Source of the DNA: an uncultured archaeon
GTDB lineage: Archaea; Thermoplasmatota; Poseidoniia; MGIII; CG-Epi1
Assembly (NCBI GenBank): GCA_964651915.1
Contig: CAZYZI010000002.1
Span: 1,559 to 59,809, forward strand
Direction of reading: 5' to 3'
DNA: 58,251 nt
Shown: positions 28,402 through 36,251 of the stretch, in pieces
How the letters are laid out: every line of letters starts with the position of its first letter
How positions within the stretch are numbered: position 1 is the stretch's first letter
Position numbers and translations under genes: made by a program
Notes under the pieces: generated by a model
What the model was told of the DNA's origin: nothing
Databases searched by the model: none
The model's input: only the letters and a program-made list of their open reading frames with translations

Positions 28402-29997
28402 TTAATATTCAAATGTCCAATAAAGGGCTAATTCTTCATTAGAATAAAGTTTATAGGTAAAATCAGGCATATATTCATAATATGAATCATGTACCAATGA
28501 CAAAGTAGATGATTTACCACTCATATCAGCCATACCCAAATTCACTATAGAGATGGTCTTATTCTTCTGAACATCTAATGTTAGATTTGCGCTGTTATCC
28601 CATTCCCAAAGATGATCGGAAGCTTTCCAATACAATTCTTTAACCGAGATTCTATCTATTTCCATTTCATCTATATTAATAATTCCGGAAGATAATTCAT
28701 TAATATCTCTCAACGCTATAAATTCAGAATATGCAGCTATACGTCTATCTCTTTTAACATCATTGCATTCGATAACTGTATTTTCTACACTAACATCAAG
28801 CCATTGTGAAATAGAAATACTACTATCTCTAACATAATAGGTATAATTTACCGATTCTCTTTCATGAGAGTCTATTCTATAATTTAAATCATAATAAGAA
28901 AATGAAAGAATCATTATTGTAAAAATAGATAAAAGTACTGATTGACGGTTCTTATGATCTTCAAGATTATCTACAAAGAAATCCATGCCTGGAGCGATAA
29001 AAAGTAAAATGCTAAATGTTACTAAATAAGGCACATAAATTAAATCTGAAATTACGAAAAAACTAAGTGTCAAAACCGACATTGAAAACATATAACTCTG
29101 TGGAACTCGGCCTTCTTGAATCCAAAATACTATACCGAGGATAGATATAAAAATAAAAGGACCTACATTTATCATGTAATAAACGCCTAAATTTGCTAAA
29201 GATGAAAATACACCATAACCACTGAAAAGATAAACGCCTAAAAGTTCATCATCAGGGCTATAGGGTGAAAAATCAAGATATTGAAGGTAAAAAAAGTATG
29301 TAGATACAAAAAATAAAAAAAGTAATGCTTGTCGACCTGCTCTTTCACGATTAGTAGCACTTTCTTGCCAAATATGCAATATTATTGATAATAAAAAGGC
29401 TAATAAGAATCCAAGAAAAAGAAGTCCCATTCGATGCAAAGAAGGCAAAATTATTACCATAAAAGATAACAGAAATAAATATCTTGAAGGACTTCGCCCA
29501 TATTTTGAATTTACTAATCTTAAAAGTAACCAAATAAAAAATGGAAGTAAAGTAATCAAAGTAAATCTAAGAGAAAAACGCCAAATTGAAAATGTAAGAA
29601 ATCTTGGGGCAAATGAAAAACAAAGTGCTGCGAACCAACGGCTTCTATGGTTTTCAGTAAATTCACCAGTGAGCATAAAAAAACCAAAGGTAGAAATTAA
29701 TGAAAGAGACAAACTATGTATGATAATATATTGATAAATTGATAAACCAGTGATTGTACATATTGTTGTAGCTAATATTGAAGTTCCTAAAGGACTAGTA
29801 CCTGGAAAAAGACCGTATAATGAAAGGATATGTTCAGCCCAAAAGATTTCACCATTAGAAATAATGGCATTAATCATGGACATGTAATAAAAATTATCAG
29901 TTCCAGTAGGTGCTGGCGTGATTGGATACCGAATAAGAAGTGTAAGAAATCCAAGCAAAATTAGGCTACTTTTTTTACTGTTACTTGGATCTTTCAT
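28402..29997 (-). CDS. Polytopic membrane protein, possibly a GT-C-type glycosyltransferase
   Basis: At least 10 predicted TM helices followed by a soluble domain of about 170 aa, as in GT-C enzymes. No catalytic motif recognised. Confidence 0.6.
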   Translation of the reverse strand: MKDPSNSKKSSLILLGFLTLLIRYPITPAPTGTDNFYYMSMINAIISNGEIFWAEHILSLYGLFPGTSPLGTSILATTICTITGLSIYQYIIIHSLSLSLISTFGFFMLTGEFTENHRSRWFAALCFSFAPRFLTFSIWRFSLRFTLITLLPFFIWLLLRLVNSKYGRSPSRYLFLLSFMVIILPSLHRMGLLFLGFLLAFLLSIILHIWQESATNRERAGRQALLFLFFVSTYFFYLQYLDFSPYSPDDELLGVYLFSGYGVFSSLANLGVYYMINVGPFIFISILGIVFWIQEGRVPQSYMFSMSVLTLSFFVISDLIYVPYLVTFSILLFIAPGMDFFVDNLEDHKNRQSVLLSIFTIMILSFSYYDLNYRIDSHERESVNYTYYVRDSSISISQWLDVSVENTVIECNDVKRDRRIAAYSEFIALRDINELSSGIINIDEMEIDRISVKELYWKASDHLWEWDNSANLTLDVQKNKTISIVNLGMADMSGKSSTLSLVHDSYYEYMPDFTYKLYSNEELALYWTFEY

Positions 29998-30134
29998 ATT
30001 ATAGCAAAAAGATGATATATTAAGGGTATACCTTTGCTTAAAAAAAAGTCATTTCCATTGCATATTTTTATATAGCAGATACCATCCTCTTGAAACACCT
30101 ATTATGGGGGCGTGATTTGTCTATACCTGACAAC

Positions 30135-30806
30135 ATGAATTACAGTCTGATGGCATTGCTGATTGTAACGGCACTACTAGTTGGCAAAAGTGCCCAAGGA
30201 TTTCCTAATGGAGGAGTAAGTGGTGGTGACGAATGGGCCGAAGATTCTATTGCACATGGGTGCTCATGCCACATGGATGAACAACTTAACGAAGGGATGT
30301 ATAATTTAAATGGAATTCCTGATAAATACGAACCTGAAAATACATATAATATTTCATTTGCTATTGCTGATGAAAATGTAGAAATGGCAGAAGATGCTTC
30401 TAGATATGGAGGGTTCTTAGCTGAAGTTAGTGAAGGAACCTTCGTAACAAATGAAAATTATTGGGTTGGGGGTGAAGGCTCTTACATCTCTCACAATGAT
30501 AACAGCAATGATGTAAGAAATTGGACATTTGAATGGACAGCTCCTGCAGATGGTACCGGTGATGCTATTTTCATAATATATTTCAACGTAGTTAATGGTC
30601 AAGGAACTAACGGAGACCAATGGAATTACTTGACTGCAGTTTCTCTTGGAACTCCGCAAGCTTCATCACATGAAATTTCAATACATGAACTTGGTGTAAC
30701 GCTGATGCAATACTGGATTGGATTAATGGGGATTGGAGTAGTTCTTTTATCTGTTCTGATTTCATACGTAGTAATGAGAGGAGGTAGTTCACATTACCGA
30801 GGTTAA
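30135..30806 (+). CDS. Secreted, C-terminally TM-anchored protein with HGCSCHM metal/heme-ligand-rich motif
   Basis: ATG 30135 gives the signal peptide MNYSLMALLIVTALLVGKSAQG (the ORF track starts at TTG 30090). FEWTAPADGTGDAIFIIYF beta-sandwich-like pattern. C-terminal TM plus basic tail. First gene of the Rieske/cyt b operon. Confidence 0.7.
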   Translation: MNYSLMALLIVTALLVGKSAQGFPNGGVSGGDEWAEDSIAHGCSCHMDEQLNEGMYNLNGIPDKYEPENTYNISFAIADENVEMAEDASRYGGFLAEVSEGTFVTNENYWVGGEGSYISHNDNSNDVRNWTFEWTAPADGTGDAIFIIYFNVVNGQGTNGDQWNYLTAVSLGTPQASSHEISIHELGVTLMQYWIGLMGIGVVLLSVLISYVVMRGGSSHYRG

Positions 30807-30957
30807 TGAAATACTGGAAAAGGTCTCCAGAGGAGAACTAACTGCAGAAGATGCCCAAAAAATATTAGGGACTTACAAGGATGAAGAATTAGGCAAAGAA
30901 TTAAGAAATATTCCTGGCAAAGAACAACTAGAAATATTTGCAATTATTTTAATATTT

Positions 30958-31158
30958 TTGCTTCTTGAATTAATGTATGATTCACTATTTATTTACGGAA
31001 TTATGGAAGGGTGGGACCAACCATTCTTGTCATTTATACTTGCTATGGCATTTTTGATTTTAGGGCTTATGCTCGATTTTTATAGAAGATCATTCATGCC
31101 TGATGTTCTTGAAACAAAGAAAAGAAGGAGGAAAGTTATCACAAAACTTGAACGTTAA
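30958..31158 (+). CDS. Small two-TM membrane protein (true start possibly upstream at 30793)
   Basis: TTG start in the track. The same frame is open and protein-like for 60 codons further upstream (see finding). Ends 2 nt before the Rieske gene. Confidence 0.55.
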   Translation: MLLELMYDSLFIYGIMEGWDQPFLSFILAMAFLILGLMLDFYRRSFMPDVLETKKRRRKVITKLER

Positions 31159-31160
31159 AT

Positions 31161-31838
31161 ATGAATATTACACGTAGAGGGTTCCTTCAAGGTGCAATTG
31201 GATTGGCTGGTGCTGGAATGACTGGAGCTCTAACTGTGCCTGCACTGAAAACTTTGTTGCCACCTCCAGTTACAAGATGTAACAAGGATGATGCACATGA
31301 AACTTTGACCTTCAAAGCAGAAGCTGGAAAATGGTATGAAAATAAAGGAAATGATGTAGCTAAAGTGTCGGATTTTGAAAATTTATGGGACGTTGCAATT
31401 GTCAATTGGGGTCCTTCTGACTTAGAAGAAGAGTTGGGTGTTTGTGAAATTCAGTTAGCTCTAGCAAGAGTTCCAACCGAAGATGGGATGGAGGGATTAG
31501 GTGTTAGTGTAGGTGATGGCAATTCAATGATAATGGCTTATCATACCTACAAATGTCCTCATTTATGCTGTAAACCAGTCTATACTGATGCTGGAACTAG
31601 TACAATTAGTGGAAAAGACTACGAAAATATGTTCTTGTGTCCATGCCATTTGTCTTTATTTGATCCAATTTCTATAATAAAAAATATAGATGAACAGGGC
31701 AGAGAAGTTATGGCTGCTGAATTATTAGAAGGACCTGCCCCTTATGGGCTACCAGTAGTACCTGTAGCTGAAAAAAATGGAGAATTGATAGGCCTAACTA
31801 CAAACATAGATTGGCTAAAATATTGCGGACAAGGTTGA
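31161..31838 (+). CDS. Rieske [2Fe-2S] protein, TAT-exported
   Basis: Twin-arginine signal MNITRRGFLQGAIGLAGAG. Cluster boxes CPHLCC and CPCHLSLF. Confidence 0.88.
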   Translation: MNITRRGFLQGAIGLAGAGMTGALTVPALKTLLPPPVTRCNKDDAHETLTFKAEAGKWYENKGNDVAKVSDFENLWDVAIVNWGPSDLEEELGVCEIQLALARVPTEDGMEGLGVSVGDGNSMIMAYHTYKCPHLCCKPVYTDAGTSTISGKDYENMFLCPCHLSLFDPISIIKNIDEQGREVMAAELLEGPAPYGLPVVPVAEKNGELIGLTTNIDWLKYCGQG

Positions 31839-31842
31839 TATT

Positions 31843-32805
31843 GTGAAGATTAACAAAATTATTATGATGGTTATAGGGTGTTTAGCCTTTTTCTCTTTGT
31901 CAGCTAGTGCTGAAACTCCACTTTTAGAAGAATTGATGAGAAAATATACTTTCCCATTCATTTTTCTTCAACTATTAATGGCTGTATTAACCGTAGGATA
32001 TCTATACGTGACTGGGTTGCTTCCAAAGGTAATCTTTGAAGCTTGGAAATGGGTTGATGAGAGGTTTGCACTACATAGATACATTTCCATGGCTAAAAGA
32101 GAATATTATTCTGTTGTATACACTATTTTACCTGCAACTGGAAGAACAATGCCACAATCGCACACTGAACGGTATAATGTCAAAGCTGTTTGGTATTGGT
32201 ATCCATTTTATTCATTGGGTGGTCTATCTTTCTTTGCTTATATTGTATTAACAATCACTGGAATTTATTTAGGATTTTATTATGTTCCTGATGGTGAATT
32301 TGTAAATGAAGATGGAGGACCTTGTGGTACTGGACACTGTACTTCTGGAGCTTACCAATCAATGGAATTAATTATGACTCAAGTAACATTTGGATACATT
32401 ATTCGGGCTGTACATCATTGGTCAGCTCACTTCATGGTTGCTTCAGTATTTCTTCACATGATGAGAGTTTATTTCATTGGAGCTTATAGAAATCCAAGAG
32501 AAGTTAATTGGATACTAGGATCCATTTTACTAATGGTAACTATATTTTTTGGTTATACTGGATATCTCTTGCCATGGGATGAACTTGGTTTTGCAGCAGG
32601 TTCAATTGGTCTTGAAATGGCAACTTCTATACCTGCAATGGGGCCATTAATGGCTCAAATAGTATTTGGCGGTACACAACTTACTGGAGATACAATTACT
32701 CGAATGTATTGGTTACACATTTTTGTACTTCCTTTGATAGGTACTGTTTTGATCATAATACACATGGCACTTGTATGGATACAAGGGGAGGCTGAACCTC
32801 ATTAG
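31843..32805 (+). CDS. Cytochrome b, N-terminal (b6-like) subunit
   Basis: GTG start. RAVHHWSAHFMVASVFLHMMR (H-x13-H) and WLHIFVLPLIGTVLIIIH (H-x14-H) heme ligand pairs. GYTGYLLPWDE motif. Confidence 0.9.
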   Translation: MKINKIIMMVIGCLAFFSLSASAETPLLEELMRKYTFPFIFLQLLMAVLTVGYLYVTGLLPKVIFEAWKWVDERFALHRYISMAKREYYSVVYTILPATGRTMPQSHTERYNVKAVWYWYPFYSLGGLSFFAYIVLTITGIYLGFYYVPDGEFVNEDGGPCGTGHCTSGAYQSMELIMTQVTFGYIIRAVHHWSAHFMVASVFLHMMRVYFIGAYRNPREVNWILGSILLMVTIFFGYTGYLLPWDELGFAAGSIGLEMATSIPAMGPLMAQIVFGGTQLTGDTITRMYWLHIFVLPLIGTVLIIIHMALVWIQGEAEPH

Positions 32806-33864
32806 ATGGGCGAAGACGATGATGCAATTGAAATGATTTATGAGCATCAAGATGAGCAAGTTGCACTTGATACGATAAATAAATTAGAAAATAGAGAGGA
32901 TCATTCTGTTCTCGAAGCCGACATGGTAAAAGGTGAACCCTTATATCCTCATGAATTAACCCGAGACGCAGTTCTTTCTTTGTACATTATGGCTTTATTT
33001 TTCTATTTAGCCGCTTTTGTACCTCCACCACTTCATGGTGCTGCAGATCCAACTGCAGGTACTGCATTCCCTCCACCTTTACCTGATTGGTATTTACTTT
33101 GGGCTTTTGGTTGTTTGAAAGTAGCTTGGGATATTAAAATTGGAATACCTCTCTCAATGATTCCATTTTTAGGTTTAGAAGATATTGAACTTTTCTTAAT
33201 GACTGCAAAAGTTTGGGGTACCTTAGTCCAAGGTTTGATTGTTGGATTAGTAGTTGGTGTACCCTTCATAGATAGAGCAATTGGATTCTTAATTGATCCA
33301 CAATATGGAGATGTTGTTAATAGAGGACATGAGCGGCGTCCAATCGAAGATCCTGTGAGGGCTGCAATTGGAGTATATGGTCTCGCATTAATGGTAATGT
33401 TATCTGTATATTCGATAAATGCTAACATTGCAATATATTATCCTGACATAACAACTGATATACTTAACCAACTAACTCTTTGGGGGCCTTTTGCTTGTGC
33501 ACTTATTACATTTGTTTTTCTGGATAGAAGAAGATCTGAAGGTGCTAAACCACTTACTGATGAAGAACGTTTCAGTCTATATGTAGATGGAATTAAAGAT
33601 CGAAGAATGCAACGAATATATGAATTCAAATTGAATCGTTGTTATCAATGTGGACTTTGTGATGATATTTGCCCAGTAAGAGATATGGAAGGTGAACACG
33701 AATTAAATATTATTTTTAATACATTCCAAAATGAACACGATGGTGTGGCTATGTGGTCATGCATTACATGTGGAATGTGTACTGCTGTTTGTCCGCAAAA
33801 CATTGAATACATTGATTATGTTTTAGAACAAAGAGCACTTACCACATCTGGAGCTTCAATATGA
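32806..33864 (+). CDS. Cytochrome b C-terminal (subunit IV-like) fused to 2x[4Fe-4S] ferredoxin (HdrC-like) domain
   Basis: Qo-site PDWY motif (PLPDWYLLWAF), four TM helices and a DRRRSEG positive patch. Then CYQCGLCDDICP and CITCGMCTAVCP. The start ATG immediately follows the cyt b stop. Confidence 0.85.
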   Translation: MGEDDDAIEMIYEHQDEQVALDTINKLENREDHSVLEADMVKGEPLYPHELTRDAVLSLYIMALFFYLAAFVPPPLHGAADPTAGTAFPPPLPDWYLLWAFGCLKVAWDIKIGIPLSMIPFLGLEDIELFLMTAKVWGTLVQGLIVGLVVGVPFIDRAIGFLIDPQYGDVVNRGHERRPIEDPVRAAIGVYGLALMVMLSVYSINANIAIYYPDITTDILNQLTLWGPFACALITFVFLDRRRSEGAKPLTDEERFSLYVDGIKDRRMQRIYEFKLNRCYQCGLCDDICPVRDMEGEHELNIIFNTFQNEHDGVAMWSCITCGMCTAVCPQNIEYIDYVLEQRALTTSGASI

Positions 33865-34748
33865 GCCGAACAAAACCCTACGCACGAACCATCCCGCATC
33901 CACTCTTCGAAAGGTTAATTGTCGAAGATGCAATGAATGAAGACAAAGAGTCTTGGAAACCTGAAAGACCGCACGAATATGGTTATTTTCCAGGATGTGT
34001 TGACTTTATGGATGTTGAAGTTAAATTTACTCATTTAAACAAAGGTGATGCGGATCATGCCTCTATAGCTGCAGCATCAATAAAATTATTGAATTATGCG
34101 AATATTGATCCCCTTATATTGGATATGAATATATTCAAATGTTCAGGACATGATCAATTATGGCAAGGACAATTAGAAGTATTTGATTCTTTGAAAGAAC
34201 ACAATATGAGAAGACTTAAAGAATCTGGAATTAAAATTATAACATGTTCATGTGCCGAATGCTATCGTACATTTGCTGTGGATTATGACCTTCCGGGTAC
34301 ATTAGGAATAAAAGTTGAACACATTACTCAAACTCTACAAGGGCGCGGATTGAAATTTAAAGCTCCTGAAGATGTAACTGTGGCTTACCATGATCCTTGT
34401 CGTTTAGGAAGAATGATGGGTGAATACGAAGCTCCAAGAGATTTGATAAATCTTGTAGATGGCGCTACCATGGTAGAGTTAGAGAATAACAAAGAACGAG
34501 CATTATGCTGTGGTGTTTCATCCATGATGTACTGTAATGACGCTACCAAAGCGGTTCGCAGAAAAAGATTAGACCAAGGAACTGATGCTGGAATTGATTT
34601 GATGCTAGGTGGGTGTCCTAAATGTTACATGCATATGCAATGTATGTTAAATGAAGAAAGAATGAATCCAGAAGAAAGTCACCACCATGACTATGAAATG
34701 ATGGATTTGATGCAATTCTTAGTTGCTTGCTTAGAGGAAGAAAAGTAG
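33861..34748 (+). CDS. CCG-domain Fe-S protein (HdrB/GlpC-like, two cysteine-rich CCG repeats)
   Basis: YFPGCVDFMD...KCSGHD...CSCAECY and YHDPCRLGR...LCCGVS...GGCPKCYMHMQC. ATGA overlap with the upstream gene. Confidence 0.85.
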   Translation: MSRTKPYARTIPHPLFERLIVEDAMNEDKESWKPERPHEYGYFPGCVDFMDVEVKFTHLNKGDADHASIAAASIKLLNYANIDPLILDMNIFKCSGHDQLWQGQLEVFDSLKEHNMRRLKESGIKIITCSCAECYRTFAVDYDLPGTLGIKVEHITQTLQGRGLKFKAPEDVTVAYHDPCRLGRMMGEYEAPRDLINLVDGATMVELENNKERALCCGVSSMMYCNDATKAVRRKRLDQGTDAGIDLMLGGCPKCYMHMQCMLNEERMNPEESHHHDYEMMDLMQFLVACLEEEK

Positions 34749-35737
34749 TGGCTGAAACAGATATTTCTGCATTTGTCTCGGAAGGAGATAGAAATCTCAA
34801 TATTTTATTTGGATCGCAAAGTGGAAATTCGGAAGGTCTTGCTGAAACTTGGGAACAAGAAGCTCCGCGGTATGGGCTCAAAGCAAAAGTTCACGACATG
34901 GATGGATTTGATATCAAATCAATGGCTAAGATGTCAAGAGTCATGATTGTTTGTTCAACATGGGGTGAAGGTGAAATGCCAGATAATGCCGAAGAGTTGT
35001 ATGAAGAGGCTAAAACTGCGGGTAAAATTTTATCTAAAACAAATTTTTCAATTTGCGCTCTTGGAGATACAGGATATGATTTATTCTGTCAATCTGGAAA
35101 AGATTGGGATAAGACGCTTGAAGAAATGGGCGGTTCAAGAATCCATGACCGTGTGGATTGTGATGTAGATTATGAAATGCCTGCTGAAAAATGGATGAAA
35201 GGTACAATGTCTAAGCTGGCCTGTGTGGATGGAGATGGAAAATTTCTCCCAGATTTAGTAGATGATATCGTTGCTTATGCCTCCGGTGTTGAACTTGAAA
35301 CACCAGAAGCTGAAGTGGAAGAACCTGTGGGAGGCACTACCGCTTACCAAGCTATGACTACGATTTCACTTTTCTTTCACAAACCCAACAAATGGCTCAA
35401 AAGAGTCAAAAATGTTCTTGATGAAGATGATTTACCAACAACTGGTATCGAAAAAGCAAAAGATATGTTCAAGGAATTGAGAAAAATTACTTTGAAGGCT
35501 TTGCCACAAGGTAAGGACTACATTGCGCTGGTAGATAATGAAAAATGTATCGGTTGTACTCAATGTGTTTATTATTGCAATTTTGCCTCAATAGACATGA
35601 TTTCTTGGGATTTAAATGCGAGAACATCACAATTTGAATCTAAGAAAGCTCTTGTTTTAGATGATACATGTGTCGGTTGTACTTTGTGTGCTTTTGCTTG
35701 CCCTGTAGAAGCAATAACTATGGAAAGTAAAGTTTAG
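34748..35737 (+). CDS. Flavodoxin-like FMN domain fused to 2x[4Fe-4S] ferredoxin domain
   Basis: ILFGSQSGNSEGLAE and ICALGDTGYDLFCQSG flavodoxin motifs. C-terminal CIGCTQCVYYCN and CVGCTLCAFACPVEA. The GTG at 34748 overlaps the upstream TAG by 1 nt; the track start 34727 is an alternative. Confidence 0.85.
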   Translation: MAETDISAFVSEGDRNLNILFGSQSGNSEGLAETWEQEAPRYGLKAKVHDMDGFDIKSMAKMSRVMIVCSTWGEGEMPDNAEELYEEAKTAGKILSKTNFSICALGDTGYDLFCQSGKDWDKTLEEMGGSRIHDRVDCDVDYEMPAEKWMKGTMSKLACVDGDGKFLPDLVDDIVAYASGVELETPEAEVEEPVGGTTAYQAMTTISLFFHKPNKWLKRVKNVLDEDDLPTTGIEKAKDMFKELRKITLKALPQGKDYIALVDNEKCIGCTQCVYYCNFASIDMISWDLNARTSQFESKKALVLDDTCVGCTLCAFACPVEAITMESKV

Positions 35738-35747
35738 AATCCGTATT

Positions 35748-36251
35748 ATGGATTTGTACAAATCAATCATTGCAGCAATATGGCTTTGTGTTGTTTATGC
35801 AATATGGGCTGCGACAGAAGCCGGGGATCCAGGATATGGACAAGCTTCATTTTTAGCTGGTGGAATTTTAGCTCATTTTTATCTAAGGAAAAGAAAATTA
35901 GAAAGGCCAAGGACTGATAGTAAAATTGCAATTCCTGAAGCTAATTTCTCTGTTGAAATACCTGATGAAGGTGACAAGTACTATTTTAGTGAAAATAGCT
36001 ATAGAAAAATCATATGGCTTAGTACTATTTTTTCATTAATTTCAATTAGTATCTTTATAGAAACTGTAACATATCAACAAGATTATTTAACTTGGGGAAT
36101 TATCGCATTAATATTTGGAACTGTAGTATTCTTAATTCCTATATTTTTACCTGTTAAAGATGATATTGAAACTTTAAAGAAAAGAGCTGAAAAAGAAAGA
36201 ACAAAGGCTTGGCATAAAGGTAAATTTGACCAGCCCATTGAGGAAGAGTGA
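35748..36251 (+). CDS. Membrane protein (4 TM) with charged C-terminal tail
   Basis: Hydrophobic helices. Follows the flavodoxin gene by 10 nt, and its stop overlaps the cca GTG start. Confidence 0.6.
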   Translation: MDLYKSIIAAIWLCVVYAIWAATEAGDPGYGQASFLAGGILAHFYLRKRKLERPRTDSKIAIPEANFSVEIPDEGDKYYFSENSYRKIIWLSTIFSLISISIFIETVTYQQDYLTWGIIALIFGTVVFLIPIFLPVKDDIETLKKRAEKERTKAWHKGKFDQPIEEE

